Part shown: positions 51,832-60,205 of the stretch, in pieces
Layout: each line of letters begins with the position of its first letter
How positions within the stretch are numbered: position 1 is the first letter of the stretch
NCBI GenBank assembly: GCA_963728565.1
Contig: CAVSLC010000001.1
Location: forward strand, 96,001-160,000
Source: an uncultured delta proteobacterium
GTDB lineage: Bacteria > Desulfobacterota > Binatia > UBA9968
DNA: 64,000 nucleotides
Direction: 5' to 3'
Notes under the pieces: generated by a model
Databases searched by the model: none
What the model was told of the DNA's origin: nothing
The model's input: the letters and a program-made list of their open reading frames with translations, nothing else
Translations under genes and position numbers: made by a program

Positions 51832-52689
51832 ATGGAAGAAGACGTTGACAATCTAGCAGCCGATCTGCCGCCAACACCCCTGACTCTCGACGGCTCTTAT
51901 CTACTGCACCAAATGTTTCGTGTGCGCTGGGCCGCTTGGCGCGCGCTCAGTGCTGCCGAGCAAGATGCGCTTCTTAACCAAGCCACGGCGATATTTCGCG
52001 GCATGGAAGACAACAAACAGGAAGCCACCGGCTTGTTCGCCATGCTTGGTCACAAAGGCGACCTGATGTTGGTGCATTTTCGCAAAGCCTTAGACGCCTT
52101 GAATCTCGCCGAGCTCGAGCTCGCGCAATTAAGACTGCTCGATTTTCTCGAACCGATGACATCCTATCTTTCGGTTGTCGAGCTGGGACTTTATGAAGCG
52201 TCGGTAAAACTGTACGCCGAGCTAACGGCCCGAGCTCTACGGCCCGGCACCGCCGAGTGGAACCGGGAAGTGGAAGCCGAATTGACCAAGCAGCGGCAGG
52301 CAGCGGCGCCGCGTTTGTGGCCGGAGATTCCGCAGCGCCGTTATTTGTGTTTCTACCCGATGAATAAGTTTCGCGGCGAAGCCAGGAATTGGTACAACGA
52401 GCCAATCCGCGAACGGCAACGAATGATGCGCGAGCACGGCATGATCGGACGCCATTATGCCGGCCGCGTCAATCAGATCATTTCGGGCTCCATCGGCTTC
52501 GATGATTGGGAATGGGGAGTCGATCTCTTCGCCGATGACCCGCTGGTTTTCAAAAAACTCGTTTACGAGATGCGCTTCGATGAAGCCAGCGCGATTTACG
52601 GCCTGTTCGGCACGTTTTACGTCGGACTGCGCTTTCCTGCGGATCAATTGAAGAACTTTTTTCACGGCAAAGCACCTACATTTCGTTAA
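51832..52689 (+). CDS. hemQ: Coproheme decarboxylase ChdC/HemQ (chlorite dismutase superfamily)
   Basis: LTLDG..LH, GHKGDLM, SYLSVVEL, CFYPMNK, NWY, MREHGMIGRHY, QIISGSIGFDDWEWGVDL, KKLVYEMRFDEASAIYG. Confidence 0.85.
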   Translation: MEEDVDNLAADLPPTPLTLDGSYLLHQMFRVRWAAWRALSAAEQDALLNQATAIFRGMEDNKQEATGLFAMLGHKGDLMLVHFRKALDALNLAELELAQLRLLDFLEPMTSYLSVVELGLYEASVKLYAELTARALRPGTAEWNREVEAELTKQRQAAAPRLWPEIPQRRYLCFYPMNKFRGEARNWYNEPIRERQRMMREHGMIGRHYAGRVNQIISGSIGFDDWEWGVDLFADDPLVFKKLVYEMRFDEASAIYGLFGTFYVGLRFPADQLKNFFHGKAPTFR

Positions 52690-52741
52690 GCGAGTTCGGG
52701 TTTGCGACATCGAATGGTTTGAACTTGACCGCGGAGGCGCC

Positions 52742-53504
52742 ATGAGATTGCACAACAAAGTCGTGATCATTACCGGCGCCGCGCATGGTATCGGCAAATC
52801 CTATGCGCGCAGGTTCGCCGAAGAAGGCGCCCAGGTGGTGGTCGCCGATGTCGATAGCCAGGGCGGCCGCATAGTCGCCCAAGCGTTGACGGATTCAGGA
52901 TTCCGCGCATGGGCCCGCGCTACCGATGTCACAGACTATTTAGATGTCCAGGGTTTGATGCTGGAGACTGCCGAAAAGTTCGGCGTCATCAATGTGCTGC
53001 TCAACAATGCGGCGATCTACGTCACGCAAAAACTTTGGAAAGGACCGGTCGAAGATCTTGATCTGGCGGAGTGGGACCGAGTTATTGAAGTAAACCTGAA
53101 AGGCGTTTTCCTCTGCTGCAAGGCGGCGATCCCAATCATGAAGCGGCAACGCAGCGGCAAGATTATCAACATTGCCTCGGGCACGTTTTTCAGCGGCTCC
53201 GGCAACATGCCGCATTACACAACCGCAAAAGGCGGCGTGGTCGCGCTAACGCGAGTCATGGCCCGACAACTGGGAGAATGGAACATCAATGTCAATTGCA
53301 TGACCCCTGGCTCGACCATGAGTGAGGATTCGGTCACCGATGATGTGCTCAGGCGGCGCGAGGGCAGTATGGATAAACGCGCTTTCCGTCGCGATCGAAA
53401 CACCGGCGGACATCGTCGGGACGGCGCTATTTTTGGCTAGTTCCGACAGCGATTTCATCACCGGACAGTTACTGGTAGTGGAAGGTGGCGGCATCATGCA
53501 TTGA
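52742..53504 (+). CDS. SDR family oxidoreductase, frameshift near 53393
   Basis: IITGAAHGIG, LLNNAA, YTTAKGG. C-terminus IETPADIVGTALFLASSDSDFITGQ is in a shifted frame. Confidence 0.9.
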
Positions 53505-53549
53505 GCCGGGTGCCATCGATCGGCAATCGACAGTGACCTACAACCGATC

Positions 53550-54059
53550 TCAAGCCGACTGACCCATAACACCGTAGACATGTCCGCACTCGCTGCAGAA
53601 AACAACGCTGAAGGGCGCAAGAACGAATTGCTTGCCGCGGGATGATCCGGCGCCGCCTTTGCGCGAGACGATGTAATCCGTGCCCAGCGCGGAGCATTGC
53701 GGGCATCTAGGTTGCGGTTCGGTTTTGGATTGTGATTCAGGCTTTCTTTTGAAATCGTACGAGTGGTTGAATCCTTGATGAACGTGTTCGCCAAACTGCT
53801 CGGCCTGTGGCTTCTCTTCCTGGGGCTCTTCTTCACCGGGTGGGCGCGTCGCCCGATCGTAGATGCTGCGCTTGCCGCTGTCGGATAAAATACCGTAAGC
53901 CTGTAACACCTGCGTGAATTTTTCCGCCGCCTGTTTATCGTCGGGATTTCGGTCAGGGTGATAGCGAAACGCCATCTTCCGGTATGCTTGTTTGATTTCG
54001 GCTTCGCTGGCGTTTCGTTTAAGGCCCAGCAAAGAGTAAAAATCAACTAGATTCTCCAA
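53550..54059 (-). CDS. J-domain protein with C-terminal zinc ribbon
   Basis: [40 protein letters not shown]; C-terminal CPQC...CSECGHVYG. Start uncertain (TTG 54059 or GTG 54101). Confidence 0.85.
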   Translation of the reverse strand: MENLVDFYSLLGLKRNASEAEIKQAYRKMAFRYHPDRNPDDKQAAEKFTQVLQAYGILSDSGKRSIYDRATRPPGEEEPQEEKPQAEQFGEHVHQGFNHSYDFKRKPESQSKTEPQPRCPQCSALGTDYIVSRKGGAGSSRGKQFVLAPFSVVFCSECGHVYGVMGQSA

Positions 54060-54116
54060 AATCGCCTCACAAAGATTTTCTTCCTCGCCGGCTCCTACCA
54101 CGGCGCGATGGAAAGT

Positions 54117-54617
54117 TTAGCGGCCGTGGCTGGGAAGCTTCGCCGAATGATCAACTTTACGGCGTTGTTTGTACATGCTGACGCACATGTCATAAATGGC
54201 ACTACCGTCTCGATCGTCCACAACTCGCTCGCCCTCCTTGGTCTCATATTCGACTGAAAAAGAAGGGCTGCTGCCCGGCGCTTCGTTGTTTGAAATGCGG
54301 ATAAGCCGCGCTTGATTTTTATCGAGGTAGCCGCCAATGGCCCGTAGAATCTGGACGAGGCTAACGAACTCTTTTGGCGGTGACGATGTTCCGCGCTGCT
54401 CCTGGCCGGCGCTGTCGAGATCGAGAATATCCGCCGGCGTATATTGAAGGCTTACCGGCATCGGCGCCGGCGGAGGTTGGTAGCCGGCCAGCACAATGTA
54501 CCCGGTAGTGTCCAAGATGATATCAAGCGTGCGCAATCCCCGGCTTTCGAGATCCTGACCAATACATCGAAGAGCGGTTGAATAATTGACGGGATGCAGC
54601 CGTGCCAGCCTTCTCAT
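54117..54617 (-). CDS. Hypothetical protein with internal two-fold repeat
   Basis: GGAAGG RBS. Repeated motif YSTALRCIGQDLE / LVQILRAIGGYLD; a homologous remnant lies immediately upstream. Confidence 0.75.
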   Translation of the reverse strand: MRRLARLHPVNYSTALRCIGQDLESRGLRTLDIILDTTGYIVLAGYQPPPAPMPVSLQYTPADILDLDSAGQEQRGTSSPPKEFVSLVQILRAIGGYLDKNQARLIRISNNEAPGSSPSFSVEYETKEGERVVDDRDGSAIYDMCVSMYKQRRKVDHSAKLPSHGR

Positions 54618-54795
54618 ACCTTCCCAAAAATCCTTATAACGGGGTTATGATCGAGAAGGGAAATGGTACGAATAGTGTTCGGAAAAATCAACCGAATTCT
54701 TGCCCGTCAGGTGGAGTCTCCGCCACCGAATCATCGCACGGTGAGGACGCATCCATCTTGCTTCATTCCGCCGATTTCTGGGCGCGGCCGAGTAG

Positions 54796-55225
54796 TCACT
54801 TCCTCTGTTGGCGCAAAGAGTTAGTGATCTCATCGAGCGCTGGCTTCGACCCAGTGTTCTCCATTCGGCTGCATCGGGCAATGCAAATTCAATCCGGTAA
54901 GCGATCTCTGGCCCAAGCAAGTTAAAATTAGCGACACGCAGCAGCCGACCCTTCTCCTGATCGACATACCCTCCCAGGCTTCGGAGAGTATCAGGGAGCG
55001 ACTGTTCACAGAAAAAACGCCGGTGCGTTTCAACTTGCCCATGAAATCTATTTGCTCGAGAAGTCTGCTGGTATAAACAAAGAGACAGAAGGTTACCTGG
55101 CACCGGCAGATCGCAGTCACATTGAATCCGGTACTCGGATTGCTTGACACTGATATCATGACCAGCGCGCCATGGCCCTCTAAATCTTGACCGATGGCGC
55201 GCAGAGCCTGCCCCTATGTCAACAT
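54796..55225 (-). pseudogene. Degenerate tandem paralog of 54117..54617
   Basis: MLT*GQALRAIGQDLE (TAG at 55216), SLPDTLRSLGGYVDQEKGRLLRVAN, NGEHWVE and LDEITNSLRQQRK* lie in different frames. Confidence 0.65.
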
Positions 55226-55244
55226 GAAGAGAAGAAAGGGATGA

Positions 55245-55874
55245 CTAAGTTTCCGGCAATTTAGGGAGCGCATCCATCACGCCGATCATGCTGTCGCGCG
55301 TGACCAGCCTCGCCAGCTCCGTCTCGCTCAATCCTTCGGTCCCTTTCGGACGCAGTGGCAAAACCAAATAGCGGATATCCGCCGTGCTATCGTGCACCCG
55401 CACTTCGACATCGTCGGGGAGTACAAGACCGAATTCACGCATCACACCACGGGGGTCGTTTACCGAGCGCTGACGATAGTTGAAGCTCTTGTACCAATCT
55501 GGCGGGCGGCCCAGAATCGGGCGTGGATAACAGGAGCACAACGTGCAAACCACCATGTGGCGAACATTCTCGGTATTTTCTAGAACGACAAATTCGTTAA
55601 GCGCGGTAGCATCGATTCCGAGCTCGGCGCAAGCCGCTTTAGGGTCGGCAATCAGACGCTCCTTGAAGGCCGGGTCGACCCAGGCGCGTGCGACAATCTT
55701 CGCGCCATTGGCCGGAGAACGCGCTTCCTGATACTCGATTTGACTTTGAATATCCTTCTCAGTTATGACGCCTTTCTCTAGCAATAAATCCCGGATCGCA
55801 TAGATTCGCTTAGCCTGCGGGCTGAGTTCATGCCGGGGATGTTCGTGTCCGTGTCCGTCAACTGATGTGCTCAT
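55245..55874 (-). CDS. Cobalt-type nitrile hydratase alpha / thiocyanate hydrolase gamma subunit
   Basis: NGAKIVARAWVDPAFK, metal motif VVCTLCSCYP, PDWYKS, VRVHDS, RYLVLPLRP, VTRDSMIG. His-rich N-terminus. Confidence 0.95.
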   Translation of the reverse strand: MSTSVDGHGHEHPRHELSPQAKRIYAIRDLLLEKGVITEKDIQSQIEYQEARSPANGAKIVARAWVDPAFKERLIADPKAACAELGIDATALNEFVVLENTENVRHMVVCTLCSCYPRPILGRPPDWYKSFNYRQRSVNDPRGVMREFGLVLPDDVEVRVHDSTADIRYLVLPLRPKGTEGLSETELARLVTRDSMIGVMDALPKLPET

Positions 55875-56184
55875 CCTTCTGTCCTCCGTACCCTGCCGGT
55901 TCCAACCAATGATCGTAAATATCAACGCACAGTTTGTCTGCCGGCGCTTGCGCCGCTCCCCAGACATCGGCCTGATTGAAGGCAACAAGATAGAGCGTTC
56001 GCCTCGGCAATCCGTCGCCGCCGAAGGCAAGCGATTCAGGGTTTAAGAAGTCGCCATAGACTCGCTCCACCCGGCCGGTCTTGCCGCGAATGTAATAAGG
56101 TGTGCGGATGTGTCCAGGGCGATGCTCGTTCAACACTCGCACGGCATCACCCGGCCGGAATCTGCCGGTTGCCGGGTGGATCAT
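55858..56184 (-). CDS. Nitrile hydratase beta C-terminal (SH3-like) subunit, ScnA-like
   Basis: RFRPGDAVRV, GHIRTPYYIRGKTGRV, LYLVAF...VW, VDIYDHWLEP. Confidence 0.92.
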   Translation of the reverse strand: MIHPATGRFRPGDAVRVLNEHRPGHIRTPYYIRGKTGRVERVYGDFLNPESLAFGGDGLPRRTLYLVAFNQADVWGAAQAPADKLCVDIYDHWLEPAGYGGQKDEHIS

Positions 56185-56492
56185 GGCTCTCCCCATTTTT
56201 TCTCGAATTCGACGACTCTCTTGTCGATCTCATCTTTTGTCAGAATGCCTTTTTCGATCAGGATAGTCTCCATGCTGGCAATCCAACGCTCGTAATAATT
56301 CATTTCACGGTAGGCGTCGGAATCCATCTCCTCGCGGGCGCGCCGCAGTTCATCGGTTCGCTTGACTCCCCTGGCGCCCAACGCTTGATTGATCGCGTCT
56401 GCCAGAATCTCCCAATCTGAAAGCTCGTGCTGCGATTTTTCGATCGGTCCGGCCCCGGGCAGCCCGCCGATGTCGTGATGTCCTCTGTGCAT
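56181..56492 (-). CDS. Nitrile hydratase beta N-terminal subunit, ScnB-like
   Basis: HDIGG, WE, DELRRAREEM, YYERW, LIEKGILTKDEI. Confidence 0.92.
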   Translation of the reverse strand: MHRGHHDIGGLPGAGPIEKSQHELSDWEILADAINQALGARGVKRTDELRRAREEMDSDAYREMNYYERWIASMETILIEKGILTKDEIDKRVVEFEKKWGEP

Positions 56493-56505
56493 GACTCTAC
56501 TCCAA

Positions 56506-58278
56506 TCAACCCTTCAGTCGTTCGGCCAAGGCTTTGTGTTCTTCCTTGATGCCGCTCGGTAGGTGGTCACCGAATTTATCGAAATATTCGCCTTGGCTTT
56601 TTAAATTGGCTTTCCATGCGTCGCGGTCGACAGTCACCAACTGCTCAAGATCCGATTTGGAAACATCAAGTCCATCGCCGTTGAGGCTCGAAGTCTTGGG
56701 AACATAGCCGATCGGCGTCTCATCGGCCTGACCGCCGCCGTTTGAGCGTTCGACGACCCAGCGCAGTACCCGCAAGTTCTCGCCGAATCCCGGCCAGATA
56801 AATTTTCCTTGATCATTCCGTTGAAACCAATTGACGCGAAATATTTTCGGCGGATTGCTGGCTCGCTTGGCGATGGACAGCCAATGGCCCCAATAGTCGC
56901 CCATGTTGTAACCACAAAACGGTAACATCGCCATAGGATCGCGCCGCACAACTCCGACCGCACCCGTGGCCGCAGCGGTAGTTTCCGAGGCTAAAGTGGC
57001 GCCGAGAAAAGTGCCGTGTTGCCAATCGAAGGACTGATAAACCAGAGGGACCACTTTATTGCGGCGGGCGCCAAATAAAATCGCGCTGATCGGCACCCCT
57101 TCCGGTTTTTCCCATTCGGGAGAGTACGTGGGACACTGTTTCAGTGACACTGTGAACCGGGAGTTCGGATGCGCCGCCGGATGACCGCTCTTCGGATCCC
57201 AGGCCTTGCCGCGCCAATCAATTGCGTTGGCCGGCACCGGATCATCGTGGCCTTCCCACCACACTGTGCCGTCGGATCGAAGCGCCACATTCGTATATAT
57301 CGTGTCTCTTTGCACGGTTCTCATCGCGTTGGGATTGGTTTTGGATCCGGTCCCCGGCGCTACGCCAAAGAAGCCGGCTTCAGGATTAATCGCCCACAAT
57401 CTACCGTCCGAACCGACCCTGAGCCAGGATATATCATCGCCTACCGTGTGGATTTTCCATCCCTTCATACTCGCCGGGGGAACCAACATGGCGAGGTTGG
57501 TTTTACCGCATGCGCTCGGGAACGCTCCGCAGATATAATGAATCTCGCCGTCCGGACTCTCGACGCCGACGATCAGCATGTGCTCGGCGAGCCAGCCTTC
57601 TTTTTCACCGAGCTTACTGGCGATTCGCAGCGCCAAACATTTCTTGGCGAGCAAGGCGTTGCCACCGTATCCGGAACCGACACTCCAAATTGTATTATCT
57701 TGAGGATAGTGGCAGATAAACCGCCGGTCCATGTCGAGATCAGCTTTGGAATGTAGACACCGGGTAAAATCGTTGGAGCTGCCGAGATGGTCGAGAGCCA
57801 CTTTGCCCATTCGCGTCATGATGCGCATATTGAGCACCACATAGACGCTATCGGTGAGTTGCACCCCAACCTTACTGAAGGCGGAACCTTCCGGCCCCAT
57901 CAGGAAAGGAATGACATACATCGTTCGACCGCGCATCGCGCCGGTAAAAATCTTGGCAAGACGGTCATAAGACTCAGCCGGCGCCATCCAGTTGTTGTTG
58001 GGTCCGGCTTCCTCTTCCGTTGGGGTGCAGACAAAGGTTAGATTTTCAGTACGGGCGACATCGTTGAGGGCGCTTCGATGCAAATAAGAACCGGGCAATT
58101 CGTTTTGGTTCAACGGCATCAAATCGCCGATTTCAACAGCGACCTCTGTAAGTTGCTCCCGTTCTGATTCCGAACCGTCACACCAAAAGACGTTGTCAGG
58201 TTGGCACATCGCTGCCATGTCCTTGACCCACTTTTGAATATGAGGATTTGCCGGTGCCTTTCCTGGTGAATTACTCAT
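56506..58278 (-). CDS. pckG: Phosphoenolpyruvate carboxykinase (GTP)
   Basis: DVARTE, GRTMYVIPF, GSGYGGNALL, WLAEHMLI, AFPSACGKTNLAM, VGDDI, AINPEAGFFGVAPGT, HPNSRF, MLPFCGYNM, WPGFGEN. Confidence 0.97.
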   Translation of the reverse strand: MSNSPGKAPANPHIQKWVKDMAAMCQPDNVFWCDGSESEREQLTEVAVEIGDLMPLNQNELPGSYLHRSALNDVARTENLTFVCTPTEEEAGPNNNWMAPAESYDRLAKIFTGAMRGRTMYVIPFLMGPEGSAFSKVGVQLTDSVYVVLNMRIMTRMGKVALDHLGSSNDFTRCLHSKADLDMDRRFICHYPQDNTIWSVGSGYGGNALLAKKCLALRIASKLGEKEGWLAEHMLIVGVESPDGEIHYICGAFPSACGKTNLAMLVPPASMKGWKIHTVGDDISWLRVGSDGRLWAINPEAGFFGVAPGTGSKTNPNAMRTVQRDTIYTNVALRSDGTVWWEGHDDPVPANAIDWRGKAWDPKSGHPAAHPNSRFTVSLKQCPTYSPEWEKPEGVPISAILFGARRNKVVPLVYQSFDWQHGTFLGATLASETTAAATGAVGVVRRDPMAMLPFCGYNMGDYWGHWLSIAKRASNPPKIFRVNWFQRNDQGKFIWPGFGENLRVLRWVVERSNGGGQADETPIGYVPKTSSLNGDGLDVSKSDLEQLVTVDRDAWKANLKSQGEYFDKFGDHLPSGIKEEHKALAERLKG

Positions 58279-58402
58279 GCGCCACAATTCTCCCTTTCGA
58301 AACGACGTGAAGTTCGAGTCATCCTAGACCCGCGGAATTTCTGGTCCGGCTAGACGACGAACCGAATCAAAAGCCAGACCGGCAAGCATTGCTTCAACAA
58401 TA

Positions 58403-58432
58403 AAACTATCCGATGAAAAGCGGCAATGTCAA
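58403..58432 (-). promoter_or_regulatory. Putative sigma-70 promoter for pckG and downstream genes
   Basis: Minus strand TTGACA-18 nt-TAGTTT. Confidence 0.35.
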
Positions 58433-58561
58433 CTGAGATGGGGCGGCCGGTGATCGTAACCAGCGATGGCTCGCCTAGGTTTTCGAGAAGAGACGACGAC
58501 TCCGCAGCATTGAAACTCGCATCGGATGAGCGGCGCTGTGGACGCCGATCCCGCGCGGAGG

Positions 58562-59461
58562 CTATTCTTTGAACACGCGCAGTAGCCGCCAACCGCCGCT
58601 AGGAATATCCTCGTTCCAGCCGATCAAAGCGACCAAATCACCGCGCGCATCCAGTAAGCGTACTAGCTCCTGTTTTTCAAGAGGTTTGCCGATCTGGCTC
58701 AAGCATTCCTGCTGGCCCATACGGAGGCGGGCAAGCCAGCGGTGATCCCAAGTGATCCCTCTTAGATGGCTAAGCGCATTGCTCAACGAAATCATCGCGC
58801 CCTCTGCTCGGGTGGTAAGTCGCTCAAGCTCATCCAGGCTCATCGCCCGCTCTATTCTTAGATGGCCGCAAGCGATCCGCCGCAAGCTCTTCAAGTGCGC
58901 CCCGCAACCGAGCGCTTCACCCAAATCTGCAGCCAAGGTCCGCACATAAGTGCCTCGCGAGCAGGTAACGTCGATGCCGACTTCCGTGCAATTGATCTGA
59001 TGCAATTGGATAGAATCGATCTGGATTGTTCTCGGCAGGCGCGGCACTTCTTTGCCTTGCCGCGCCAATTTGTACAGCCGCACTCCGTCCCTTTTTAGGG
59101 CCGAGAACATCGGTGGAGTCTGCTGCAGCTGGCCGCTGAACCGTTGCTCCAGAACACGCAGCTCACGGTCGCCAAGCGATGGAACCGGGAGCGTCTTCAC
59201 CACAACGCCGGTCGAGTCCTGCGAATCGGTTGCTACTCCCAGGGTCACAACGCCGCGGTAACTTTTCGGCGCGCGCAAAAAAATATCCGAGATCTTAGTA
59301 CCTTCGTTTATTCCTAACAGCAGTAATCCCGAGGCGAAGGGATCGAGAGTGCCGAGATGGCCTACCTTTTTGGCGCCGAGAGAAACCTTTGCCCTGTGCA
59401 CGACATGAGCCGAAGAAGGCCCTTCCGGCTTATCGACCAAAAGAAGACCGCTTTTTGTCAT
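58562..59461 (-). CDS. truB: tRNA pseudouridine(55) synthase TruB
   Basis: GLLLVDKP, KVGHLGTLDPFASG, QTPPMFSALK, CSRGTYVRTLA, GAHLKSLRR. Confidence 0.97.
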   Translation of the reverse strand: MTKSGLLLVDKPEGPSSAHVVHRAKVSLGAKKVGHLGTLDPFASGLLLLGINEGTKISDIFLRAPKSYRGVVTLGVATDSQDSTGVVVKTLPVPSLGDRELRVLEQRFSGQLQQTPPMFSALKRDGVRLYKLARQGKEVPRLPRTIQIDSIQLHQINCTEVGIDVTCSRGTYVRTLAADLGEALGCGAHLKSLRRIACGHLRIERAMSLDELERLTTRAEGAMISLSNALSHLRGITWDHRWLARLRMGQQECLSQIGKPLEKQELVRLLDARGDLVALIGWNEDIPSGGWRLLRVFKE

Positions 59462-59522
59462 CGATTTTTGCACATTCGGAAAACTTGAAGATGAGAGTTG
59501 CGGCTTTAAGCGAGAACTCGAG

Positions 59523-59867
59523 TTACTGCTTTACTTCCCTGAGAAGCTTCTCGATGCGCTCTGCCTCGTCGACAGAATCGTCGTACACAAACTCGATAGC
59601 CGGAACGAAGCGAAGTTTGAGCTGTTTACCGATTCTAGCACGGATAAATCCCAAGGCGCTCTTCAATCCCGCTAGCACGGCGTTCTTGTTCTCAGAAGAG
59701 CCGCCTAAAATGGTGAAGTAAATCCGCGCCTGCCGCAAATCCTTGGTTACCTTGGCAGCGGTAATCGTCACCGCAGTAACCCGGGGGTCGCGAATGTCTT
59801 CGCGCAACACGTCCGCGATAACTTCGGTGAGCAGTTCGCCGACCCGTTCTGATCGCTGATAATCCAT
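59523..59867 (-). CDS. rbfA: Ribosome-binding factor A
   Basis: RSERVGE, IRDPRV, VTKDLRQARIY, GFIR, LRFVPAIEFVYD. Operon context. Confidence 0.96.
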   Translation of the reverse strand: MDYQRSERVGELLTEVIADVLREDIRDPRVTAVTITAAKVTKDLRQARIYFTILGGSSENKNAVLAGLKSALGFIRARIGKQLKLRFVPAIEFVYDDSVDEAERIEKLLREVKQ

Positions 59868-59879
59868 GCGCTGGAAGAA

Positions 59880-60164
59880 TTAACAATAGAAGAACTCGAT
59901 ATCGGAATCGGCGACTTGGGCTAGTCCGATCTCATCAACGAAGTCGACGATTTGGTTAAGTGTTTTCTCAATGATTTCTTTATGGGTGCCGATCAAGCCA
60001 AAGCCCAGCACGGCGCTTTGCCATAAATCCTGATCGCCACATTCGGTCACTGACACGTTAAAGCGATTGGCGACGCGCGCCTGAATACGTTTAAGCACGC
60101 CGCGCTTGCCTTTCAACGAATGATTCTCGGGGAGTAGAAGATTCACCTTCAGAACCCCGACCAC
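59880..60164 (-). CDS. DUF503 (YlxP) family protein
   Basis: HSLKGKRGVL, FNVSVTE, QDLWQ. Lies between infB and rbfA. Confidence 0.92.
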   Translation of the reverse strand: MVGVLKVNLLLPENHSLKGKRGVLKRIQARVANRFNVSVTECGDQDLWQSAVLGFGLIGTHKEIIEKTLNQIVDFVDEIGLAQVADSDIEFFYC

Positions 60165-60205
60165 GGCGCTCGGAGTCGAGTCTCGAGAATGCTTACGGCC
60201 GATCG

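Noticed and set aside
51832-52689. Chlorite dismutase (perchlorate respiration)
   Set aside because: The distal Arg is replaced by Gln and the YPMxK ChdC motif is present; no signal peptide.
53246-54046. 266-aa minus-strand ORF
   Set aside because: Alternative frame over the J-domain gene and antisense to the SDR; Arg/Ser-rich with no motifs.
55214-55216. In-frame TAG as possible pyrrolysine or stop-codon reassignment
   Set aside because: TAG terminates many normal genes in this window, and the same remnant also has frameshifts; decay is the simpler explanation.
55245-56492. Idea that the split NHase acts on preQ0 in connection with tgt/queA/yhhQ, by analogy to toyocamycin NHase
   Set aside because: The loci are more than 35 kb apart and the que genes are in their ordinary housekeeping context; no sequence evidence links them.
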